DNA of 64,000 bases. Origin: Solirubrobacterales bacterium (GTDB lineage Bacteria; Actinomycetota; Thermoleophilia; Solirubrobacterales; JBBDJG01). Made by a program: the position numbers and the translations under genes. Within the stretch, counting starts at the first letter, position 1. Each line of letters starts with the position of its first letter. Below are positions 44,473 through 53,412 of this stretch, piece by piece. The notes beneath the pieces were generated by a model. That model ran no database searches and was not told the origin of the DNA. It saw only the letters and a list, made by a program, of their open reading frames with translations. Where the stretch lies: contig JBBRDT010000003.1 of NCBI GenBank assembly GCA_038203635.1, positions 22,776 through 86,775 of the forward strand. Direction: 5' to 3'.

Positions 44473-46738
44473 TCAGGGCCCGAGGTAAACCGGCGAGGTG
44501 AGCCCGGCGACCGCTTGGTCGTAGGCACACGTGCTGGCGAAGAGGCCGTTGGGCTCGCAGCCCGGGGCTTGCTTCGCGGCCTCGGCCTCGGGGAGCAGGA
44601 GCGACGCGCGCACCCAGCCGCCGCTGTCGGGAGCCGTGAACTCCAAAGGCTCGCCCGGGGTGAGCGGCTGCTCCAGCAGGGTCTCGCCGTTCGCGCGCAC
44701 GCGCACGATGCCGCCTGCCGCCGCCCGGGACTCCGTTCGCGATCACGCGCATCCGCGTGCCCGGCGGCACCGTGTCCCCGACGCCCGACTCGAAGGCGCC
44801 GTTGCCGTCGCCGTCGGCCTCGAGTTGCAGCGGCGCGCCGTCCTGGCTCGGGGTCAGGCGCGAGATCGACGTGCGACCCGCGGCGATCGCCTCGGCGATC
44901 CCGGCACGGGTCCGGTCGCGCGCGAACACCCAGGTGGTGGGATTGCCGACGCCCTGCACGGCCACGGTCGACAGCCAGTGCGAGTCGCTGCCGCCGGTCG
45001 CGCCCACGTGATTGCCGCGCTGCAGCCAGCACTCCCAGTAGGTCTCGGCGAACTGGATCGAGCTCGTCACGTTCCACACCTCGATGGTGTCCGGGCGCAC
45101 GTCGTATCCGTACTCCCAGTCCAACGCCGCCGTGTCGGAGCAGTTGTCGAAGCGCTGCTCGATGTCGCCCGACGGATGGTTGATCTGGAAGACGCCGCCG
45201 TTGGCGCGCAGCGCATTGGCAGCCGCGTTCACAGCGGCCGCCGAGCTGTCGCCGTTGTCGTAGATGCGGGAGGCGCGCAGCATCTGCGCGTGACCGTGGA
45301 GCGAGTTCTCGTAGGCCGGGATGCCGATCACGCCGTTGCTGCCGAAGTTCGGGTCCGCCGCCGAGCGCAGGTCGTTGTGATCGGTGATCGCGAGGTAGTC
45401 GAGGCCGCGGACGCTCGCCTCGAGGAAGCGCGCGCCCGGTGAGAGACCGAGCGTGTAGAACTCGTCCGGCCCGGTGTTGTCGTCGTTCGGCGGGCAATAG
45501 GCGTCGTGCGAGTAGCAGGTGTGGACGTGCAGGTCGCCCGCGAGCCACTCGCCGCCGTCGGGCCCGGCAGCGGGGCGCGTGGTCACCCACACCGGGCTCG
45601 AGTAGGCGATCGGCTCGCCGCCGCGCGTGGCCCGTACGAAGTACCAGCGCTCGGACGACGTGGCGTGCGGTTTCGCGGAGAGCTTCTTGGTCCCGGTTGC
45701 CACGACCTCGCCGAAGCTCGTGACCAGTTCGAGCTTGGCCGTGGGGTCGTTGACGCTCGCCTTCACCGTCAGCTCATGTCCCTCGGTGGGCGAGATGCGA
45801 GCTCCCATCGGGCGCCCGTCGACCGCGAAGGTCAGGCGCACGCCGGGCGTGCGAACCGCGTAGAAGCGCCGCGCCTGCATCGCCGCCTTGATCGACCACT
45901 CGGACCGGCCGTTGGCGAGGATCACGGTCTTCGCCCTGCCGGGCCCGCCCCAGTCGTCGGTGCGCTTGTGACCGAGGTCCTCGGCGCCGATCGCGCCGAC
46001 GTGCCAGCCCTTGTCGAGCGCGCGCGCGTACGCGCCCTCGGGGTAGCCGCCGCCCTTGCCCGGCCCGGCGTAGTCGTCGTGATCGTTGAAGGTCTCGATC
46101 CCGACCATGCGATCGTCCGCGGCGGGCACGTAGGCGAAGTCGTTCCAGTTGAAGCCCGGGTCGCTGTCATGCAGCGACTTCGCGCCCGGATGGTTGAAGG
46201 TCGCGAGCCCGTCCCCGCCGCCGCCCACGGTCGGCGCCCGGTTGAGCCACGAGAAGAAGCTGTCCATCGTCGCGTAGCCGCCGTCGCCCTTGGCGTTCGC
46301 GTCGTGCTTCGAGAAGTAGACGTTGATGTGGCCGAAGCGGTCCGAGGTCCATTCGAAGCCCCGGAATGCCGTGAAGGTGGGAGTGGAGGCGGCGTGCGCC
46401 TGCTCCAGCGTCGCGTCCCACTTGCGAAACGAGTCGAGCGGGTTGACCGGGTCGGCGAGCGCGCATGTCGGCGCGACGAGCGGGTCGATGCAGTAGTCGC
46501 TCGCGACGATCGGGAGGTCCGCGTTGTCGGAGTGCTCGGACCCGCCCATGAAGTCGAGGCCGAACCCCTTGCCCGATTCGAAGTAGGTCTGCGGGCGCGA
46601 TCCCGGCCAGCCGTCCGAGTATCCGGAGTGCTCGTGCAGGGACCCGAGCAGCGGGGTGGTCTGCGCGGCAGCCGGCTGCGCTGCCGATGCCACCAGCAGC
46701 GCGATCCCCAACGCGATCATCCCCAGAATCCGACGCAC
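44473..46738 (-). CDS. Secreted tandem PHP-domain (CehA/McbA-like) metallohydrolase; reading frame broken by a 1-nt shift at about 44707-44745 (possible pseudogene or sequence error)
   Basis: Signal peptide. Two PHP signatures (SLHEHSGYSDG; GDLHVHTCYSHDA ... ITDHND ... GGSDSH). Protein-like sequence moves from the long frame (...TRMRVIANGVPGGG) to the frame ending at 44473 (GIVRVRANGETLLEQPL...). Past that point the long frame is Arg/Pro/Ala-rich and runs into the DUF2277 gene. Confidence 0.65.
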
Positions 46739-46855
46739 CTTGAGGAAGGGGATGCCCGATCCCTGGACCTGATAAACGGCTATTCAGTTAATGACCGGTG
46801 AAACGCCACGACCAGGCTGTCGACACGATGGTCGGCGCGGTCGGGTCGCTGGCGG

Positions 46856-47497
46856 CTAACGGCGTGCCGCGAACACGACGCCGTCGCCGATCGGCAGCAC
46901 CGCGCCCAGCCAGCGCTCCGAGGAAACCAGCTCCTCGTTGAACGCGCGCGCGCTCGCGAGGTTCTCCGGCGACCAGAACGCCTCGGCGTCGTCTTCGAGC
47001 GCGACGTCGCCCGACATGAGCATGTTGTCGACGACCAGCACCGCGCGCTCGGCCGCCTTCGGCTCGGCGAGCTCCAGGTAGCGTGGGTACTCGGTCTTCG
47101 TCGCGTCCAGGAAGATGATGTCGAACGGGCCGGGGAGTCGATCGATCGCCTGCATCGCATCGTCCTCGACGATCTCGACGCGGTCCGCGACGCCGCCTCT
47201 CTTCAAGTATTCGGACGCCTGCTTCACGCGATCGGGATCGCGCTCGATCGTGACGATCTTGCCGCGGCCGAGCTCCTGCGCCATGTGCAGGGTGGAGTAG
47301 CCGATCGCGGTGCCGACCTCGAGCACCAGCGCCGGGTCGGTCGCGCGCACCAGGGTGGCGAGGAACCGCCCGGTCTCCCAGTGCACGATCGGTACGTGCT
47401 CGCGCTCGGCGAACTGCTCCATCTCGGCCATCACCGGCGAGCGGGCGGGTCGCAGGTCCTGCAGGTAGCGCTGGACGTGTTCGGCGAGGATCGGCAC
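46856..47497 (-). CDS. Class I SAM-dependent O-methyltransferase (caffeoyl-CoA OMT-like, Methyltransf_3)
   Basis: Contains VLEVGTAIGYSTLHMA, IVTIERD, FDIIFLDATKTEY. Confidence 0.85.
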   Translation of the reverse strand: MPILAEHVQRYLQDLRPARSPVMAEMEQFAEREHVPIVHWETGRFLATLVRATDPALVLEVGTAIGYSTLHMAQELGRGKIVTIERDPDRVKQASEYLKRGGVADRVEIVEDDAMQAIDRLPGPFDIIFLDATKTEYPRYLELAEPKAAERAVLVVDNMLMSGDVALEDDAEAFWSPENLASARAFNEELVSSERWLGAVLPIGDGVVFAARR

Positions 47498-47505
47498 GAC
47501 GTGGG

Positions 47506-47751
47506 CTAGAGCCCGCGCTCGCGCGCGTCCCTGCTGATCGCACGCGAGAGCGCCGCCGGGTCGAGCTGCTTGTGAATCTCCTCGAGCTCACGGTGTGTGC
47601 GCAAGGTCTCGCGGTGTACCGCGTCCTGGAGCCCTTCGATCATCGCCTCCAGGTGTGAGACGCGGGCGTCGAGTGACGCGGCCACGTCTTCGGGGAGCTT
47701 GGCTCGTCCGAATCGCAGGAGGCCGGGGCGTCTTGTGCGTCTGGGTTGCAT
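47506..47751 (-). CDS. Small hypothetical coiled-coil protein
   Basis: GC3-biased, especially in the distal two thirds. The stop lies 8 nt upstream of the OMT start. No Shine-Dalgarno sequence at 47751, so the true start may be internal. Confidence 0.45.
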   Translation of the reverse strand: MQPRRTRRPGLLRFGRAKLPEDVAASLDARVSHLEAMIEGLQDAVHRETLRTHRELEEIHKQLDPAALSRAISRDARERGL

Positions 47752-47754
47752 GGG

Positions 47755-47794
47755 GGTAAAAGAACGAAGGCCCGCCCGGAATGGGCGGGCCTTC
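47755..47794 (-). terminator. Rho-independent terminator of the cold-shock gene
   Basis: On the minus strand: GAAGGCCCGCCC-attcc-GGGCGGGCCTTC followed by GTTCTTTTAC. Confidence 0.8.
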
Positions 47795-47814
47795 GCACCG
47801 AAGATCTTTGAGCG

Positions 47815-48018
47815 CTAGGCCCGCTTGACCGAAACGGCCTTCGGACCTTTGTCGCTGCTCGTCGTCTCGTACGACACCTTCATTCCCTCGTCGAGAGAGC
47901 GGTAGCCCTCCTCGTCGATGCCGGTGTGGTGGACGAACAGATCCTTACCGCCGTCCTCGGGGGTGATGAAACCAAACCCCTTGTCGGCGTTGAACCACTT
48001 AACGGTTCCGGTGGGCAT
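47815..48018 (-). CDS. Cold-shock protein (CspA family)
   Basis: Contains [33 protein letters not shown] precedes the ATG. Confidence 0.95.
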   Translation of the reverse strand: MPTGTVKWFNADKGFGFITPEDGGKDLFVHHTGIDEEGYRSLDEGMKVSYETTSSDKGPKAVSVKRA

Positions 48019-48181
48019 TTATTGCCTCCAGGTACATGTGCTGGCTACGCGGAGGCTGCTCACTAAAGGCATACGACTGCGCCAACCTGCACTTACTTGC
48101 GCCGGAACATGCTGCCCGGCCTGTCGGGCGCGAGTGTAGCAATGCTGCCCGCGCTAAAACGGGCAACTTGGGCAGAGAACG

Positions 48182-48568
48182 TCAGTGGGCGGGGGCGTGC
48201 GTGCCGAGCTCCGGCCAGAACGGCCATTCCTCGAAGTGCGCGCAGCGCCCCGAGTCGTCGAGCCGCACGATCCACAGGTCCCGGTAATGGTGTGCCGGCG
48301 GACCGTCGTACCAGACCTCCACGCGCGAGACGCCTATGTCTCCGTCCACCGCGACCACCTGGCTCGTCATGCGGAAGGGCTCGTCGGGCCCGTCGCGCTC
48401 GCCCTCCCAGAAATGGGCGATCTCGTCCAGCCCGCGTGCCGGGGGCTCGAACGGGCCGGGGCTGTAGGTCGCGTCAGCGGTGAAGAGCTGATCCAACGTG
48501 CTGGTGCCCGGCGTGCGCCAGGCGTGCTCGTAGGCGGCGATCCAATCGGCGAGGGCGGCGCGGTCCAC
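48182..48568 (-). CDS. NTF2/SnoaL-like domain protein
   Basis: 128 aa. Contains LADWIAAYEHAWRT ... YRDLWIVRLDDSGRCAHFEEW. Confidence 0.7.
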   Translation of the reverse strand: MDRAALADWIAAYEHAWRTPGTSTLDQLFTADATYSPGPFEPPARGLDEIAHFWEGERDGPDEPFRMTSQVVAVDGDIGVSRVEVWYDGPPAHHYRDLWIVRLDDSGRCAHFEEWPFWPELGTHAPAH

Positions 48569-48626
48569 GGGGGGACCGTATCTCTATATAAGGGCCCCCC
48601 GGCAGGCGCCGGTGGCGCCGGCAGCG

Positions 48627-48980
48627 TCACCTTCCAGATATCGATCGCGCTGCGGCTGCTCTCTCGAAGTTGAAGTCGCCGGTCGCGCCCCAGTACGTGA
48701 ACGTGCCGTTCGGGTTCGCCTGGTACTTGAACACGTGCGACACCCATGTGTTTGCGTCCGTCGGCAGGAACCAGCCGATCTGCTTCGTGGTGATCGCACC
48801 GTCCGGGTGCTCGGTGAAGTCGATCACCTGCGTCCTCTGCGAGTACCAGCCCATGAAGATGCGGTTCTGTCCGGGAATCTGCTGGAACACGTGCGCGGTG
48901 CAGAAGGAAGCCTGCGCGCCGGTGCGGATCGGCGGCCGGAAGATCGCCTTCTTGCCGCTGGGCTGGCGCGCAGGCCGCCG
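48627..48980 (-). pseudogene. C-terminal remnant of an LVIVD-repeat/beta-propeller-type secreted protein
   Basis: ...ASFCTAHVFQQIPGQNRIFMGWYSQRTQVIDFTEHPDGAITTKQIGWFLPTDANTWVSHVFKYQANPNGTFTYWGATGDF looks like the last blades of that family as I recall it. The frame is closed by a TGA at about 48980, and no N-terminal part exists. Confidence 0.45.
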
Positions 48981-49075
48981 GCCTCACGGGGATCCTCGTG
49001 CGCACGGGCAAGTATCGCGAGGACGCCGTGCGCGCGTCGGGGATCGAGGCCTACCTCTTGGTCGCGCGCGACCTG
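48956..49075 (+). pseudogene. About 35-aa remnant of the C-terminus of a HAD-IIA (NagD-like) hydrolase
   Basis: GAQAAGLTGILVRTGKYREDAVRASGIEAYLLVARDL matches the conserved GAxxAGMxGILVxTGKY block. No upstream HAD motifs are present. It overlaps the 3' end of the minus-strand basic-protein gene. Confidence 0.4.
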
Positions 49076-49407
49076 GCCTTCTTCGTCGTTGCCTTCCGGG
49101 CACCCGTGCGCTTCCGAGCAGTCTTCTTCGCTCGCCTGGGAGTGGCCGCCTTCTGCAGCTTCTCGAAGTCCTTGGTGACCGTCTTGCTCAGGCTTCGTAG
49201 TCTCTTGCGCGAGTCGCCGAGCGTTTTTTCGAGGTCCTTCAAGAGGTCGCGGCCACCGCGCCCCAGCTCGGTGCGAAGGTCCTTGAGCGCACCCTGCGCG
49301 GCGTCGATCGACTTCTCGAGGCGGCCGAGTGCGCGCGGCTGCGAGGTCTTCTTGCTGGCGGAACGTCGAGCTTTCTTCTTACTGGTGGAACGTCGAGCTT
49401 GAGGCAT
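49051..49407 (-). CDS. Small highly basic Lys/Arg-rich protein (histone-like tails flanking a helical core)
   Basis: GGGAGGGA precedes the ATG at 49407. N-terminal tail RRSTSKKKARRSASKK and C-terminal tail PRRAKKTARKRTGARKATTKKARSRATKR. Confidence 0.65.
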   Translation of the reverse strand: MPQARRSTSKKKARRSASKKTSQPRALGRLEKSIDAAQGALKDLRTELGRGGRDLLKDLEKTLGDSRKRLRSLSKTVTKDFEKLQKAATPRRAKKTARKRTGARKATTKKARSRATKR

Positions 49408-49593
49408 CCTGCGTCCCTCCCTCTCTTGTGAATCCTGTGGCCGCACGCTAGTCGAAGGCCGGTCGCACGCGCACCGCGGTTTCCCCGGCTCCCGGATCCG
49501 TGGCCCCTACGGATCGAACGCGGGCTTGTCCACGATGAACCGGCGGTCCCGGCGCTCGATGATCCTCACGCCAAAACCAACGGAAGGAGCGTC

Positions 49594-50064
49594 GTGGCTG
49601 AGAACGGGCAAGAGGTGCACGAGGCGTTGCGTGACGAGCATCGTCATCTGCTTGCGCACGTGGACCAGATCCGGGCCGCCGGCGGTGAGGTCGTTGACCT
49701 CGCGCCCGAGGAGCGCGATGCACTGGTCGGCCGCATCCTCCAGTTCCTGCGCGAGACACTGGTGCCGCATGCGGAATGGGAGGAGCAGGTGCTGTACGCA
49801 GCCGTGGGGAAGGTGCTCGGCAACAACGCGGCGACCGCGACGATGTCGCGCGATCACGTTGCGATCAGGAGGATGATCGACGCGCTCGCGGAGGCCGACC
49901 GTGCGGACCTGACACGCCTGCAGGAGCTCCTGTACGGGCTGCACGCGCTGATCGTGCTGCACTTCGAGAAGGAGGAGGAGATCTATCTGCCGCTGCTGGA
50001 CGAGCGCCCCGAGGTCGGAGAATGGGTGGTCAGACAGATCCGCTCCGCGAGCTCGGGTCGCTGA
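49594..50064 (+). CDS. Hemerythrin (HHE cation-binding) domain protein
   Basis: Contains LRDEHRHL, PHAEWEEQVLY, HFEKEEEIYLPLL. GGAAGGAG precedes the GTG. Confidence 0.8.
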   Translation: MAENGQEVHEALRDEHRHLLAHVDQIRAAGGEVVDLAPEERDALVGRILQFLRETLVPHAEWEEQVLYAAVGKVLGNNAATATMSRDHVAIRRMIDALAEADRADLTRLQELLYGLHALIVLHFEKEEEIYLPLLDERPEVGEWVVRQIRSASSGR

Positions 50065-50160
50065 CTCACTCGAGCCACGGCGCTGGTACGTAGTTTTCCC
50101 CTGGCGGCCTGGCGGAAGAATGCCGACGACGCGCCGTTGGGCACCGGATAAATTCGGCCC

Positions 50161-51393
50161 ATGCCAGGGAGCATCAAAGTCGGGCGGCTGGCAGGGATAC
50201 CGATCGGGGTCCACCCGCTGTGGTTCCTCGTCGTCGCGCTGATCACCTGGAGTCTGGGGGCGACTTGGTTCCCGGACCAGATCCACGGGATCGCGCCCTT
50301 GGCCGCGTACGCGCTCGGTCTCGCGAGTGCGCTCCTGCTGTTCACGAGCATCGTGCTGCACGAGCTGGGCCATTCCCTGGTCGCGCGGCGCTACGGCGTG
50401 CAGATCGACGAGATCGACCTGTGGCTGCTCGGGGGCGTCGCCGTGATGAAGAATGGTGCGCGGCGCCCGCGCGAGGAGCTGCGTTTCGCGCTGGCGGGGC
50501 CCGCGGTCAGCGTGGGCATCGCGCTGGTCTGCGGCGCGTTGGCACTGTTGATCTCCGGCACGCGGCTGACCGCAGTGGAGGCCCTGCTCGAATACCAAGC
50601 GGCGATCAACCTCATCATCGTTGCGTTCAACATGCTTCCCGCATTCCCGCTCGACGGGGGACGCGTGGCGCGCGCTGTGCTGTGGTCGCGCATGGGGGAC
50701 AAGGTCCGCGCGACGTTTGCGGCGGCGGCGATCGGGCGCGTGTTCGCCTATGGCTTCATCGCGCTTGCGGTGTTGGGCCTGGCCGCCGGCTTCACCGGCG
50801 GTATCTGGCTCGGCCTGATCGGTCTCTTCCTCCTGCTGGCCGCGCGGGGTGAGCTCCAGCAGGTCCAGATCCAGGCGGCCTTCGAGGGGCGCCGGGCGGG
50901 CCAGCTGATCTCCCATCCCGCTGTCGTCATCCCGGGCGGGCTGACGGTCGAGGAGGCCGTCCGCGACTACTTCGTTCCCTACGGCTACACGGCTTTCCCC
51001 GTTTCGGACCTGTCTGGCCGGCCGATCGGCCTCGTGTCCCTCGGCAGGGTGACCGCCATCTCGCCGACCCACCGCTCGACCGTCCGCATGGCGGACATCG
51101 CGAACCGCGACCCGGGACTGCTCGTCCACGAGGACGAGGATGCTGCCGCGGTCCTCGGCCGCCCCGCGTTCGCGCGCACCGGGCGCGCCGTGGTCGTCGA
51201 CCAGTCCGGCCGGCCGCGCGGCCTGCTGTCGATCACGGACGTGCAGCGCGCGCTGCGGGCCGAGGGCGTCGCCACGGGCAAGGACAACGGTGCGCGTGCA
51301 CGGACGGGCACACACTTCTTGGGCCGAGGACGGCGGCAGAAACTCGATGGGCAGCGGTCCGGCTCGAGAGACGCTGGAGGCGACCGGCGATGA
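50161..51393 (+). CDS. M50 (site-2 protease) family metallopeptidase with a C-terminal CBS pair
   Basis: Contains HELGHSLVARRYG (HExxH), NMLPAFPLDGGR, and two CBS-like segments near the C-terminus. Confidence 0.85.
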   Translation: MPGSIKVGRLAGIPIGVHPLWFLVVALITWSLGATWFPDQIHGIAPLAAYALGLASALLLFTSIVLHELGHSLVARRYGVQIDEIDLWLLGGVAVMKNGARRPREELRFALAGPAVSVGIALVCGALALLISGTRLTAVEALLEYQAAINLIIVAFNMLPAFPLDGGRVARAVLWSRMGDKVRATFAAAAIGRVFAYGFIALAVLGLAAGFTGGIWLGLIGLFLLLAARGELQQVQIQAAFEGRRAGQLISHPAVVIPGGLTVEEAVRDYFVPYGYTAFPVSDLSGRPIGLVSLGRVTAISPTHRSTVRMADIANRDPGLLVHEDEDAAAVLGRPAFARTGRAVVVDQSGRPRGLLSITDVQRALRAEGVATGKDNGARARTGTHFLGRGRRQKLDGQRSGSRDAGGDRR

Positions 51394-52328
51394 CCGCGGG
51401 CCGTACCGTGATAGCCGGTTACGAGGGACACGCGCTTTCCTCCGACGGTCTTGCGCTGGCCCGGCTGCTCGCCCGTGTGATGGGCGCTCGCCTGCTGCTG
51501 GCCCGGGTCGTGTCGCGGATCATCGCCGCGGACGGGCCGTGGATCTCGCGCGAGGGATTCGTCCGCGCACGGGACGAGGCGGAGCAGATGCTGGAGCAGC
51601 TCCGGCAGGAGATCGCGCCCGAGCAGGAGGTCGAGGCCCGCATGCAAGTGAGCACGTCGGTGCCGCGCGGGCTCCACGAGCTGGCGGAGACCGAGCACGC
51701 GGACCTGATCGTGCTGGGCTCCAGCCATCACGGGCGGGTCGGCCGTGTGCTGACGGGCTCCATCGCCGGGCGGCTGATCGAGGGCGCTCCCTGCGCCGTC
51801 GCCGTCGCCCCGCGCGGGTTCGGCGGGCGCGTGACCACGCTCGACAGAATCGGGGTCGCCTTCGACGGGTCCCCGGAGTCCAAGATCGCGTTGCGCCAGG
51901 CCGCCGAGCTGGCGGTGGCCGCCGGTGCGACGCTGCGCCTGATCGCCGCCGTGGAGCCGCTCGTGTTCCCCGCCTTCGTGAACGTCCCGGCAGGCGACAC
52001 CTACGCAGAGATCATCCGCGCTCGCCGCGAGATGATGGAGCGCGCGGTCGACGAAGCTGTGGCGACCCTGCCGCCGGGCGCGCAAGCCGCGACCCTAGTG
52101 GTGGAGGGCGAACCGGTCGAGGCGATCCGCAAGGCGGTCGAATATGGAGTCGATCTGCTGGCCGTCGGCTCGCGGGGGTGGGGCCCCGTGCGGCGCGTGC
52201 TGCTGGGCAGCGCGTCGGCGCGGCTCTTGCGCGTCGCACCCTGCCCCGTGCTCGTGACGCCGCGCGGCCTGGAGGAGGAACCTACGGCCGCCGACTCGGA
52301 GCGCGTGAGTGCGGAGGTGGAGCGCTGA
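51390..52328 (+). CDS. Universal stress protein, tandem UspA domains
   Basis: Two copies of the ...DLIVLGSSHHGRVGRVLTGS.../...DLLAVGSRGWGPVRRVLLGSAS... ATP-binding-type blocks. 4-nt overlap with the M50 gene. Confidence 0.85.
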   Translation: MTAGRTVIAGYEGHALSSDGLALARLLARVMGARLLLARVVSRIIAADGPWISREGFVRARDEAEQMLEQLRQEIAPEQEVEARMQVSTSVPRGLHELAETEHADLIVLGSSHHGRVGRVLTGSIAGRLIEGAPCAVAVAPRGFGGRVTTLDRIGVAFDGSPESKIALRQAAELAVAAGATLRLIAAVEPLVFPAFVNVPAGDTYAEIIRARREMMERAVDEAVATLPPGAQAATLVVEGEPVEAIRKAVEYGVDLLAVGSRGWGPVRRVLLGSASARLLRVAPCPVLVTPRGLEEEPTAADSERVSAEVER

Positions 52329-52366
52329 TGCGATCCGGCTCCGTCACCGGGAGTCATCCCCGCACG

Positions 52367-53293
52367 TCATTCACCTTCCCCGTGATCCGCGCGCGGGACG
52401 ACGAGCACGCTGGCGGGGCTCGAGCGGACCAGCGCCGACGAGACGCCGCTGAGCAGCACGCGCCGCACGGGGCCGTACTGGCGCGAGCCGACCACGAGCA
52501 GGTCGATGCCGTTCTCCGCAGCGGATGCCAGGGCGGAGTGCGCCGTGCCGTCCAGCACAAAGTGCTGCACCTCGACGCCCGGCGCGACCGACGCCGCGGC
52601 ATCCTGCAGCTCCTGTTCGAGCCGCTTACGCGCGTCACGCGCGATCTCGGCCGGGTCGAAGCCCGCCGGGACAGCGTCGATCCCGAAGATCATCTCCGAC
52701 TCATGCACGGCGAGCAGCCGCAGGGAGGCTCCCGCAGCGCGCGCCAGGAACTCTGCGTGTCGCAGTGCGAGCCGGGACTCGTCGGACCCGTCTAACCCGC
52801 AGCCGATCACTCTCAAGCGGGGCTCGGAGCGCTCGGCGAATCCGGCCGGGGCCACGGCCACCGGGCACGGCGCGCCGTAGAGCAGCCGTTCGGCGACCGA
52901 CCCGGCCAGCACACGGCCGACCGGGCCGCGATGGCTCGAGCCCACCACCAGCGCGTCGGCCCGTGCCGACTCCGCCAGCTCGTGCAGGCCCTGCGCGGCC
53001 GAGCGGGCGCCTACGACCTGCGTGACGACGCGCTCGCGCTCGGGCACGGCGCGGGCAAGCATGTCCTCCGCCTCCTCGCGCATCGCCTCCTCGCGCCGCG
53101 GTGTTCCGGGGACGTATGGAAACTCGTGTGGCACGACCGCCGCGACCAGGAGCTCCGCTCCCGTGGTGTCCGCGAGCATGCCCGCGAACGCGAGACCGTC
53201 GCGCGCCCGCTCGCTGCCGTCGAAGCCCGCGACCAGCGTCGCGTAGCGGGGCTCGCTGTGGTCCTGAGATGACTCGCTCTGGACGACGCTCAT
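52367..53293 (-). CDS. Universal stress protein, tandem UspA domains
   Basis: Contains DALVVGSSHRGPVGRVLAGS and DLLVVGSRQYGPVRRVLLSGVS. Confidence 0.85.
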   Translation of the reverse strand: MSVVQSESSQDHSEPRYATLVAGFDGSERARDGLAFAGMLADTTGAELLVAAVVPHEFPYVPGTPRREEAMREEAEDMLARAVPERERVVTQVVGARSAAQGLHELAESARADALVVGSSHRGPVGRVLAGSVAERLLYGAPCPVAVAPAGFAERSEPRLRVIGCGLDGSDESRLALRHAEFLARAAGASLRLLAVHESEMIFGIDAVPAGFDPAEIARDARKRLEQELQDAAASVAPGVEVQHFVLDGTAHSALASAAENGIDLLVVGSRQYGPVRRVLLSGVSSALVRSSPASVLVVPRADHGEGE

Positions 53294-53412
53294 GGACGAA
53301 CCCTAGGCAGCGCGGGTCGTTCCGCGAACCGGGCTTGGCCGCGACGTTGCTGCGTAGTCCTCCGCAGTGCCGCACTCAGCCGCCGGCCGCGGCGCCGCTT
53401 TCTCCTCCTTCG

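Noticed and set aside
44189-46738. A single 849-aa protein fusing the PHP hydrolase to DUF2277
   Set aside because: The connecting segment (GRRHRARARERRDPAGAAAHPGRAF...) is not protein-like. The alternative frame carries plausible sequence to its own stop at 44473. The DUF2277 family starts with its conserved MCRNI... methionine at 44458.
48019-48181. A structured thermosensor or riboswitch in the long cold-shock gene 5' region
   Set aside because: A long 5' UTR is expected for csp genes. I could not define a promoter or conserved cold-box from the sequence alone, so I make no feature call.
49447-53412. DosR-type operator (GGGAC-N-GTCCC-like palindrome) near the hemerythrin, M50 and USP genes
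   Set aside because: I scanned the three intergenic regions (49447-49593, 50065-50160, 53294-53412) by eye and found no such palindrome.
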